A stretch of DNA of 63,750 nt, the filler included, from Olpidium bornovanus S191 (taxonomy: Eukaryota; Fungi; Olpidiomycota), in the NCBI GenBank assembly GCA_017911155.1. It is 26 parts of 26 records of this genome, joined end to end, with 100 filler letters (N's around TTAATTAATTAA, not from the genome) between each part and the next. Parts side by side here need not be neighbours in the genome. Positions count along the whole stretch, not along the records: positions 34,894 to 38,109 come from JAEFCI010002677.1; positions 38,210 to 43,434 come from JAEFCI010006974.1; positions 43,535 to 44,670 come from JAEFCI010000311.1; positions 44,771 to 46,286 come from JAEFCI010011456.1; 22 more parts are not named here. The stretch is one strand, 5' to 3'. The position numbers and the translations under genes were made by a program. A model generated the notes under the pieces. It was not told where the DNA came from and did not search any database. It was given only the letters and a program-made list of their open reading frames with translations. This document shows, one piece after another, positions 36,072-46,386 of the stretch (positions within the stretch are counted from its first letter, which is position 1; each line of letters starts with the position of its first letter).

Positions 36072-36662
36072 TCACCGCTCCCTGGCCTGCCCGCGGTTCT
36101 GCTGCACGCCGTGGACGCTCACGGGCATCCGCATGGTGCCGTACTCCTCCCTCCTCCTGTTCGGGGCCCTGTAGCCGTTGTTGGCCTTGCCCGCGTCCGG
36201 GGCCTTGGCGGTCCGGGGAGCCAAAGACGCCGGCTTGGGCACTGTCGCCGCCACCGCCGCCGTCGCGGCTGCCGTCGGCGCGGGCGGGGCAGGAGATGCT
36301 GCCGGCGCCGCGGCGGTCCCGGATCCGGTGATCCTGGCGAAACAGGCCAGGCGGCGCGGGAACTCTTCCTCCATCGCGGCCTGGTCCCTCACGCTGCATG
36401 TGGCGGCGGCGGCGGCAGCCGGCTGATGCGTCCACTGCTCGGACGGCTGGAAACTGTGCGAAGGCGGGGGCGCCAGACCCGGAGCGGCCCGCCGAGTGGG
36501 GATGCCGTAGTTGAAGACGTAGGCCGGCTCCGGCTCCCCGGCGGTCCCGTCCTGGCGCCGCGGTTCCGGCGGGTCTTCCAGCATTGCCAGCAGCGTCCGC
36601 GGGAGAAAGTCGGCCTCGCCCGCGCAGGTCAGGGACGTGCGGCGGACGGCTGCACTGGCCAT
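36072..36662 (-). CDS. Hypothetical Ala/Pro-rich protein (196 aa)
   Basis: ATG-TGA ORF with GC3-rich codon usage; no recognisable domain. Confidence 0.45.
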   Translation of the reverse strand: MASAAVRRTSLTCAGEADFLPRTLLAMLEDPPEPRRQDGTAGEPEPAYVFNYGIPTRRAAPGLAPPPSHSFQPSEQWTHQPAAAAAATCSVRDQAAMEEEFPRRLACFARITGSGTAAAPAASPAPPAPTAAATAAVAATVPKPASLAPRTAKAPDAGKANNGYRAPNRRREEYGTMRMPVSVHGVQQNRGQARER

Positions 36663-38209
36663 TGGGGAAGGAGGGAAGAGGGAGGAATGGGAGGGGGGGG
36701 GGGGGGGGGGAAGGGGGGGGGGGGGGGGGGTTGTGAAAGCGGGGATGTCGTCGGGCTTGCGGATCCGGAGGTCTGCGATTAAAGGGGACGGTTCAATGCG
36801 GAAAAAAGAACCTCGTTTTCCCCGCCCGCTTTTTTGGCTTTTAGCTCGAGGGTTTAGATTTTCCCGCGTAACGCGCGCGTTAAAGAGAGGAAATGGGCGT
36901 TTTTCTCTCGCGGAGTTTCTCCGCGAAGGGGGCGGGGCGGGTTGTGAGAAGGGGAAAGAGGGGGGAGTGCGCGGGACGCGTTGTAACGACCCGTGCCGGG
37001 GTGTGGGCGCGCGGGGGGGGTGGGGCGGCCCTGGAACACGTAACGGAGGGGTGGGTTGGGGGGGGGGGGCCAGTGTCTATGGCTTTCTTAGCAACCGTAG
37101 GGAAGAGAGCGTGGCGGAGAGGGTGAGCAACTGGTTTTTTTTTTCCTCCCTGTTAACCAGCCCCGCGCGCTTTCCCCCGGTGGGCCGGCGGAAACGGAAA
37201 AAGGGGGGGAGGGGCCGCAGAGAGGAGGCGGCGTTCTCACCATGGCAACGGCGGTACGTTTGCAGACCACACCCCCCCCCCCTTCGCGGAGCCCCCTTGC
37301 AGGCTTCGTTTCCTTCATCGCCCACCCCAGCGGGCGAACGTATGGCCTTGAACCCCAAACGTACCATCCCTTTCCCGGCATGAAACTGTATGACCAAGCC
37401 ACCCCACCCCCTCCCCCCTCCCAACGAGCGTTTTTACCAACAGCGGTTTCCATGGTTTATCCAGGGCGCAGATCATAATAGGAGTCCAGCTTCTCGAATG
37501 ACTCAGCTTTCCGCAATCGTAATTGCTGATCCGCGTCGATCAAGCCAGTAATAAAGCGTCCGGCTATAACTCAAAGACATCAACCTCCTGGTGCTTATAG
37601 CTCCAACACAATTTCGTCACAGGAAATGATAACTGAACATGTTGAGATTATCTGGGTGGATCAAATCATCCTTTTCGCCAACATTGAAATTGATGCCACC
37701 CAAGATGGAATAAAGCTGTGGGCCCCCGGCTCGGATAACAGAGGGCATACATGAATTCTTGAAGGCTGTTACATCCAGAACGACCTTCCGTCATAAGAGC
37801 AATCCACAGCAAGAAGCTTCCGGGTCCGCCCGCTAAATTCGAGCTTGGAGTTTTCATTTTCGTAGTTGGTGCATGTTTCGCAGAAAGCCCTTTTTTTGCT
37901 TCACGCCCCGTCTCGCTTTTCTGAACGCCCGCTCCCCTCGTCTTCTGACTCGTGTTCGTCTCCGCCGTGATAGTTCTGTTCCGGTAACCATGCCTGTTCC
38001 GGTGAGTCCAGCCCAGCGCGCCTCGTTCGACTTATGGTTCAAAAACCGTTATGCGCGCCACAACGCCGCTCTCAGAGGGCCGGTCAGCAAAGCTGCCGAG
38101 GGCGCCACCNNNNNNNNNNNNNNNNNNNNNNNNNNNNNNNNNNNNNNNNNNNNTTAATTAATTAANNNNNNNNNNNNNNNNNNNNNNNNNNNNNNNNNNN
38201 NNNNNNNNN

Positions 38210-38844
38210 CATGCCGCCGCTGTAAAGCTTGGCGAGGCCAAGGACGCCGCCGGCGCCAGGATTGGCGAGGCGAAGCAGGCCGTCGCCGGTAAAGTCGATC
38301 GGGCCAGGCAGAAGGCTGCCGATCTCCAGCACGAGGCGAGTGCCAAGTTCGGCAGCAGCGTCGAAGCTGCCCACCTCCATCACCCGGTTTCGGACCTGTT
38401 GGCCGCCGGCCGATCGGTACGTCAGCGGAGAAATAGCCGGGAGGGAACCGTTATTGAGGGGGCGTTTCAGGGGGGTGCGGGGGGAAGGGGGGGAGTGCGG
38501 AGATCTGAGCATCGCTTTTGCTCATTGCGAGAAATAACACACTGCGCTTGTTTACGCGCGACCGCCCCGGTCCCCTGCATGTACACGCATATACGTATTC
38601 CCCTCTTATTCTCTCCCACGCTCGGTTTTGCATATTCTTTTTCGAAAACGTCTAGGCCTTCGCGAGATCTCCCGTCAAGTCGCCGACCGGGACCTCCTCG
38701 GCCTCCAAGCTCCCGTCGCCGACCAAGCCCGGCTCCGGCGCTAGGCTCGCTGCTTCGCCGACCGGGGTGAAGCTCCCGTCGCCGGCCGGGGAGAAAGTTC
38801 CCATCGGCGCCAACATGCCCGACGAGGAGGTCATGACACTGTGA
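38210..38844 (+). CDS. LEA-like 11-mer amphipathic repeat protein with SP/TP-rich tail, 5' partial, 2 exons
   Basis: KLGEAKDAAGA-RIGEAKQAVAG-KVDRARQKAAD 11-mers; GTACGT...CTAG intron 38417-38655 (phase 0); exon 2 AFARSPVKSPTG...KLPSPTK...KLPSPAG...EEVMTL* ends TGA. Confidence 0.6.
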
Positions 38845-40135
38845 GGTTCTTCCCCCTGTCCTCGGCATAAGCGTTTTCGGGTTTATTTTCTCCCGTAAGA
38901 AGTCCCGAAGCCGCGCGAGGCCCTTCCTAAGCAGAGTTTAACTCCAACGCCCGGCGTCCGTGTATCTTCGTGTTTTTTTTTGTTGTTTATTTTCCGCCGC
39001 GCATTTCCCCCACGCCCTTCCTATTTTTCTTTTTTTTTTGTCGTGACAGGAGACGTCTTTAACCGAATTACCATTTCGCCTGCCGATTGTGGAGGTTTAC
39101 TTTGTGCCGCCATCATTTTCCCTTCGGTTCTCTGCTGGCTTTTCTTTTCCTTTCTTTTCTTTTTTTTTTTTTTTTGCTGCTTCCTTCACCTCCGGCCTCC
39201 CCTCGGATTTCCCCCCTCGCGCCTGTGATGCGTCCCCTCTCCAGAGCGCACGAGGCGGGGGGGTCGCGTCCCGCGTCTGTTCTGTACACGAAAGTCTCGG
39301 GGACGTCAATCCAAGGGCGCCGCTACTGGTGTTCTGGGCCAAACTTTTCTTTTGTTTTTTCTCTGTTTTTCGCCGTTTGGCTTCTCAAACCCTTTTTCCC
39401 GCGGCGTTTACCCCCGCACCCTTTACCCCCGCGCCATTTACGCCGCCCCCCCTCCCCTTCCTCCTCGCGACTTCCCTTTTGCTGCGGAACTGAGAGGAAA
39501 AGCAGCCGGCGAGCGGGAGAAAGCAACGGGCGTGGGGGGAAAGCGGGCGGGGCCCCGGCGCCGGAGCAAACGTGCCAACCCTCCCGCGCACACACGCACA
39601 CACACGCTCGCGCACCCTCTCTGTCTCCCTCCAGGGGCCCCACTGCCAACCGGTGCGGGTGGGAGGGGCGCGGCTGCCAGCGTTCTCCCCCTCTTCCCCC
39701 TCCAGGCCACCGCTGTTTTCGGGCGCTTGGGAGAGAAGAGAGTCGGCAGGGGAAAACGGCGGCCGCCGTTCTGGCGACAAGGCGCGCGTTTTTTTGTATT
39801 TAGATTTTTTAGTTTGCGCCCCCGCAGAGACGGTTGTCCGGCAAGGATGTGTGTGAGGCAACAAGCCCCCTCCCACCGACACCCCAAAAAAAGCAAAAGG
39901 GAAAAGCCAGGGGGGAAGCCGATCCCGCTGGTGCGCGCCTGGCGAACAACCCCTCGATTTCCCGCAACGGGGCGCTGACGCCAAGACACAGAAGCAGCCT
40001 GGGGCCCGGGTTTTGGTTTTTTTTTTTTCCTTTTTTTTTTTTTTTTTTTTTTCCCTTTCTTCCTCCGTTCGCTTCGTTTCCGTTTCTCTCCTTCGTCATT
40101 GCTGTCGTAAGGCAAAGGCCCCCCCCGGTTCGCGG

Positions 40136-42897
40136 ATGTTGCTCTCTCGGCCCGTCGCGACGACGCTGGAGGGGTGGGGAAGGGGGTGGAACGGCAACCG
40201 GCAGCAAGGCCGGCGGCGCCGCCACCGCCGCCACCGCCGCCCGCGACGTCAACGGTCCGCCCGCCGCCACCGCCCGCTCACCCGCCCGCCTTGGGCGTGC
40301 GCGTGCCGCCGCCGCAGCCGCCGCCGCCTGCAGACCGCGGCCGCCCTGCCGCCCCCGCGTCCAAATGCCGCGCTCGCCGCCGCGAGGCGCGCCGGCGGAC
40401 GCGCCGCGAGTTTTCCTGCCGGCGACGTCGGCCGCCGCCACGTCCGGGGGCGCGGCGGTCTCGCCGACGAGGCGGCCGCCACCCCGACTCTCGAGGGCGC
40501 CGGCGGCCGCGGCGGGTCCCCGCCGGGAACCCCGGGGCTTCCGACGCCGGGCCGGGCTGCCGCCGGCGCGCCGGGAGACGCCGGTCGCGCGCGCGGGGTC
40601 GGGAGCGCGCCGGACGCGGCGCTCCGCTCCGCCCCGGACCCGCCGAGTGCCCCCGCCGGCGCGCGCCGCGCCGCGCCGGAGCCGCCGCCGCCGCCGACGC
40701 GCCGTTCCATACGGACCTACCTGTTAGGCCTCTTCGCAGCTCCGCGCTCGGCACCGCCGCCTGCCGGGCCGCCGGCGAGGGCGGCACGCGGGCCCGCCGA
40801 GGATCACGCGGCGCCTGTAACGCGGCGCGGCAGGCGGCCATCTCCGCAGACGCCCCCGGACGTCGACGCGGACCCTCCCCTGGACGCCGATCGAAGAAAG
40901 GCGGCCGACTCGCCGGCAGAGCCGGTTTTCGGCCCCGTCCCGAACGCGAGCGTCGACCCCCCGGCTCTACCGAACGCGACCGCCGGCCGCCCGGCTCCAC
41001 CGAACGCGCTCGCCGGCCGCCCGGCTCGACCAAGCTTCCCCTTTTTTTCTTCGTCGTCGGTTGGGTCGTCAAAGGCGAGCGCGCCCGCGGACGCGGCGAC
41101 GAGGGTCCAGTCGTCCGTCGAGGTCAACAAAAGGACGAATCCCGGATCCGAGTTCGCCTACGGCGAAATCACGCCGCTCCGGTTCGCCGCGATCGCCGCC
41201 GCACGACGCAAGGCGTCTTTTCCTCCAGTCGCCGCGGAGTCCCGCGGGTCTGCCGTGCCGCCCCGCGCTTCCCGCGAGAACCTAGCTTCCGGCCTATCCT
41301 CCGTGAACTTGTGCGAAGAGGTCGAGGATTCTGTTCTGGCTGCCGCAAAACCGCCGCTTTTTGATGTCAAGACCCTGCAGCAACCGCCCCGCGCCTTTCT
41401 CTCGTCGTCGCTCCCCGGTGGTCGGACAAACGCCCCCCGCGCTTCGCACTCCTTCCCACCCCCGGCAGTCCGGAACGGCGTCGGACTTGACAGTCTGGGA
41501 TGCTTGCGAAACCGCACGGTCCACAACCACGTCCTCGTTTCCGCGATCATCGACGATCTTCCGCCCATCAAGCTGAACGGCCGGGAAGAGGAGGTCGAAC
41601 CGGTTGTGACACCGGAGATAGCCAACTTGGTGAGTTCGCGGCGCGCACTCCTATCGACACAGAGTCCAGTGGTCTATCGTGGTTACAGACGTTTAAAGCC
41701 GCGCCATGCGACTTCATGCCCGCCTCGCGTTCATCGTAACTTGTTTTGAAAATCGCCTATGGAACTGACGTGTGAAATTTCTGCAAACCTGTCGTTCCGC
41801 AGTTACGCGGGCACTTGCCGGCGAGACGACGAGTAGCTGGCATCTGGACCCTTCTTTATTCGCTCGGTCAGCATGGCACCAGTTTCTCGACTATGTACAG
41901 CGAGGTGCGCGGCAGGGGGCCGCTAGTTCTGGCCATCAAAGATTCCAAAAACCAGGTAGAAATCTTTCTATCCAGCGGATTTTTGGGAACGTATTCGGCC
42001 GGTCGAGTTCTTTGGGCAAAAGTGTCCCGCGATGGCTGAACAGCCAGATTCGGCGGTCCTCCGTTGGCGAGATGTTCGATTGTTTATTTTCCGACGCCTT
42101 TTAACCTTGGAAACGGTCTCCTTGTACAGGTGTTCGGCGCATTTCTATCAGAGCCGCCTTAGCCGCATCCGCGTTACTACGGCACCGGTGAATGGTACGC
42201 TATGAGACATTCCCAGTGGATTCGTGCACAAATTGTGGAAGGCGCTGCTCATTGACCGCTCCGCGTCGCCGGTGCTCGAACCGTTTGTCCGACAAAGCTT
42301 CCTGTGGAAGTTGGTAACGCCTTTGGGAAGCCTACCCCTCGAGGTGCGAGCGTATCCATGGACGAAACGCAACAACTGTGTGTACTTTGCACTCGTGCAC
42401 CGTTTAATTTTTGTTTAACGGAATGCGGCGAACAAACGAGTATCGAGTGTCTTGTGCTGAATCCTCCGGTTGCTCATCCATCATTGGTCACACCGCGTGC
42501 GTCTGGGCCTGATCGTCTCCGGTTGCGCTGGTCACATCACCTGCGTCTGTGTCTGATCACAGGCTTCATGTCAAGCGAAGACCATTTCCTTGGTGTCGGC
42601 GGAGGGTGGGTTCTTCGCGCACTTTGGTAGGCGCGGCGTAGGTCGCCGGTTTCAGAAGTTTGTCTCTCTGAAACGGACCTTTTGCCTTTTCCGGTTTTTA
42701 CCCGCACTGCACGTACCGCTCAAAGGGACGGCAAATTCGGCGTCTGGATCAGTGATTCGTTTGAGAACGGGTGGACGGAATGCTGCGAGACGTTCGACAA
42801 CGAGCCGCTTACCGGTAGCGGCACCGGAGGCGAATTCAAGTGCATGGAATTTGAGATCTGGGGTTTTGAGACCTACCTTACGGCGAGGTCTCTGTGA
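40136..42897 (+). CDS. OXR1: OXR1-family TLDc-domain protein with one in-frame TAG (42160-42162); N-terminal start and frame uncertain
   Basis: PIKLNGR...VVTPEIANL|LRGHLPAR...WTLLYSLGQHGTSFSTMY...LVLAIKDSKNQ|VFGAFLSEPP*PHPRYYGTGE|CFLWK...YPWTKRNN|..FLGVGG|GDGKFGVWI...CETFDNEPL...FKCMEFEIWGF. Confidence 0.9.
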
Positions 42898-43625
42898 GGG
42901 CTTTCTGGTTTGTGCGACGAGGAGGCAGAAGGACGCGCCAAACGACGCCATCGCATCCTCCCCCCCGTACCATACCCCCTGACTTCCCCCGGTTCGCTTT
43001 TTCGGTTCCGCGGGGCTCCGCCCTTTTTCCCGTTTACAGCTGGCGGAATTTTTCTTTTCTCTCTCCAGCTCTCTCTCTCCCTTTTTTTTTTTTTTTTTTT
43101 TGGCAAGGCCGATCTCGTCCCCTCGCCGTCGGGTCCGCCTCGCATTTTTTCGCGGTGCATTTCATTTGCCATAAGGAATCCGGGCGATTTTGTTTCGTCG
43201 GTTTGTTTTCGTTCTTTCTTTTTCCTTCTAACATACCCACTTTCACATCATCGTAATTCGGTGCATTTTTCTCTTGGCAACCGTTTTCCAATTTGGAAAT
43301 ACTGCATGTAAAAAAACAATAAAATACCCGGGCAAATTTGCGTATGTATCCGATGATTCTTTTGCATGCCGCCAAAATGCAGAAAAAACGTTTCCATACC
43401 TAAGAGGGCGAGGAGGGGTGATGGGGAGGGGGGGNNNNNNNNNNNNNNNNNNNNNNNNNNNNNNNNNNNNNNNNNNNNTTAATTAATTAANNNNNNNNNN
43501 NNNNNNNNNNNNNNNNNNNNNNNNNNNNNNNNNNTGGGCAAAAACAGCTGTTGCGGGGAAACCCAATTCCCCGGTGGGCGGGCAAAAAAGCTTTTTGTAG
43601 AGAATGCAAGGACGGCGGGATTTCC

Positions 43626-43931
43626 AAAAAAAAAAAAAAAAAAAACAAAAAAAAAAAAAAAAGAAAAAGAAAAGAAAAGAAAAAAAAAAACCAGAAAAAA
43701 AAGAAAAGAAAAGAAACAAAAAAAAAAACAGAAAAAAAAGAAAAGAAAAGAAAAAGAAAAAGAAAAAGAAAAGAAAAGAAAAAAAAAAAGAAAAAGAAAA
43801 AGAAAAGAAAAAGAAAAAGAAAAAAAAACAGAAAAAAAAGAGAAGAAAAAGAAAAGAAAAGAAAAGAAAAAAAAAAGAAAAAGAAAAAGAAAAGAAAAGA
43901 AAAAAAAAAAAAGAAAAAGAAAAAAGAAAAA
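43626..43931. repeat. (AAAAG/AAAAAG)n purine microsatellite; poly-A of more than 100 nt at 44553-44670
   Basis: Read directly. It is the source of the spurious poly-K and poly-F ORFs. Confidence 0.95.
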
Positions 43932-44333
43932 ACCAAAATGAAAAACCGCACAAGCAAACTTATTTGGCCCTTCACCGCCCCTCCTCCCCTCCCCCCCATC
44001 GAGGTCAGGAGACCAATCCGCCGCGGGAATCATCGTGGTTTTTGTTGTTGTTGTTGTTTTTGTTGTTTTTGTTGGTTTTTGTTGTTCTGGCGTCGCCGAC
44101 GGTTCTCGGAAAGAAAAAAAAACAATTTGCGCCGACATCCTTCCCGGGGGAAGGCAGGGGGAGGGGGGGTTTGTCCAAAAGAAAATTTCCCGGGTATAAA
44201 GTTGACGGGGGCGGGTCTGCTGCTGCCGGGGGCCAGGGATGGGAAGGGTCTCGAGAGGGGAAGTGGGGGGAGGGGAAAAAGAGTTAGAAGCAACAAAAAA
44301 AAGGAAACGGAAAAAAACTAAAGCTGTTAAAGC

Positions 44334-44417
44334 TGGCCACTATGAGAATTGAACTCACGACCTTCACTTTGCACGATTATATACGAGAGTGACGCTCTGC
44401 CACTGAGCTAAGAGGCC
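44334..44417 (-). tRNA. tRNA-Thr(CGT) with 12-nt intron (44370-44381)
   Basis: GGCCTCT-TA-GCTC AGTGGCA GAGC-G-TCACT CT CGT A[TATAATCGTGCA]A AGTGA-AGGTC-GTGAG TTCAATT CTCAT-AGTGGCC-A. One T:T mismatch in the acceptor stem; T7 terminator at 44311-44317. Confidence 0.93.
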
Positions 44418-44550
44418 TTTTCCGGTTGAACGGAAAGCGAGACTGTTCCAAAGAGAGGGTGCGTTAGTGGTGTGGAGGTTGGCGCGGGTGTTATTAGTAC
44501 GTAGCAAGGGGTGGGGTGAGTCTCCTTTGGTTTATCCTATTTTGACGGCC

Positions 44551-44670
<120 letters not shown>

Positions 44671-45662
44671 NNNNNNNNNNNNNNNNNNNNNNNNNNNNNN
44701 NNNNNNNNNNNNNNTTAATTAATTAANNNNNNNNNNNNNNNNNNNNNNNNNNNNNNNNNNNNNNNNNNNNATAATAATGATAGATTCGATGTAATTAAAA
44801 TATGCATATAATTAAATTATGCCTGTACAACGAAATACTTGTTGCTGCAGCGTGGTGCCTCCTCACGTTGTCTTGGATTCTTCGAATCATGAAAAACGTT
44901 TGCGAATGCCTTGTAATGTAATGTATATGGTAAAATTACATGCAAAGAACGCATTACCTGAGTTAATGCAGGGTTGGGGCGGAGGTTGTCGCGCCCGTGG
45001 AAAAGCCATGACGGCATTTTCCTGGGATGCCCGGCGCTGCGGACAGCTTTTGGCCGAGAGTTATATTAAAAACGGGGTGCTGCGGCACCTTGGCCATGTC
45101 AAGGCGAGCCTCCTTCTGATTAGCTTCGTTCCACAAATGAGTTTGCTGCCGAGTAAACCGTTCGTTGATCTAGCCGTCCGCTCCATTCCACAGTTTTGTC
45201 CACTTCGCCGCTCTCGCCGTCGGCCCGTTTTTTTTTTTTTTTTGTGGGGCGGCTGGAAGAGGGTGTCGCCCTCGCACTTGCTCTACAGGGCGCAGGGTCT
45301 CCGACCGCTAGCATCCCGCCGTTCAGCAGCTGCAATGCGGTAAGCTTTTGTTCCCGAGTGAATTTTCCGCTCAGGAAGGGTCTGCGCGTAGCGTGATCTG
45401 GAGGCTATATTGGGACCGCATAATAGAACATCCGGACAGCCTGGCGCCTTTGGAGCAATAAAAAATTGACGCGACTGGATCGCGAGCTGACCCGGAGTGC
45501 GATTTGTGAAATTTCTGATTTACAACGGACCGGGTGACCAAACAAAAACATGTCAAGCGCGCGCGCGTTGCGCGCGCAAATTCGTCCCGTTGATCGACGA
45601 TGTGGGGGGCGAGGGGAAGGGGGGGGTGACTGGTGGAACAAGCATGTTCTTCGACGGCGGGA

Positions 45663-46286
45663 TGTTGTTCGTGGGCAACCACGTTGTGGGACACATGTTC
45701 CAGCCGTTGTGTGCAACCCCGTTCCTGCAAGTCCGGCGGCTGGCTTCCCCTCAGGGAACGGGCGGCATTTCATCGCTCGACAGTCCGGCCTGCTGAAACG
45801 AGACCTGAAACAAAGGGGTTCAGGGGGAAGATAGTGCACTGCGTCCACCCGGGTTTTCCCCTGAAATTCTCTCTATAAAGTAGGGTAGATTCCCGGAATA
45901 GAGCAGCTCCCGCGAGCTCCTTTCGAACGCAGAATTCAACAGGTTATGAGCCCAACCGTAGACTCCCTGTAAAAGAACAAAAGAAGAGAAAAGAGCGCGC
46001 CGTCGGCAGTAATGAGCCCAAACCGCCAACTCTTTTCTGTCCGACAAACCATGAGGGGCGAAGACCGCGGAAGCCGCGAAGGCGACGGTGACCCCTTTAC
46101 AGGAGACTACCGTGAAGCAGCCATGCACACAGCGCGCAGCCAGTCAAGGGAGTCCATTCTCTCGAGGCTGTCGACGATCTCGGAGAACTCGCAACACGTG
46201 GTGAACTCCATCCTCCTTCACAAAGAGAGAAGGCAGCGGCAGCGCCAGCAGGAACAAGCACGTTTCCACGACAACAGGGACGCGCG
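45663..46286 (+). mobile_element. Putative Ty1/copia 5' end: LTR (TGTTG...CAACA, about 45663-45941), PBS 45942-45953, leader/ORF start
   Basis: ...TATAAA...TTCAACA is directly followed by GGTTATGAGCCC, complementary to the tRNA-iMet anticodon stem-loop GGGCUCAUAACC. The same 12-mer follows the LTR at 50795-50908. The LTR 5' boundary is inferred from the 5-bp inverted repeat. Confidence 0.65.
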
Positions 46287-46386
46287 NNNNNNNNNNNNNN
46301 NNNNNNNNNNNNNNNNNNNNNNNNNNNNNNTTAATTAATTAANNNNNNNNNNNNNNNNNNNNNNNNNNNNNNNNNNNNNNNNNNNN

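Noticed and set aside
37990-38416. Joining the end of contig 17 (GPVSKAAEGAT) to the LEA-like gene across the gap
   Set aside because: No ATG and splice phase gives that frame, and cross-spacer linkage is unproven.
42160-42162. Full UAR-to-Gln genetic code reassignment
   Set aside because: Only one in-frame TAG was seen across many conserved exons, and the Gln codons I checked are CAA/CAG. Retained only as a weaker readthrough, editing or error question.
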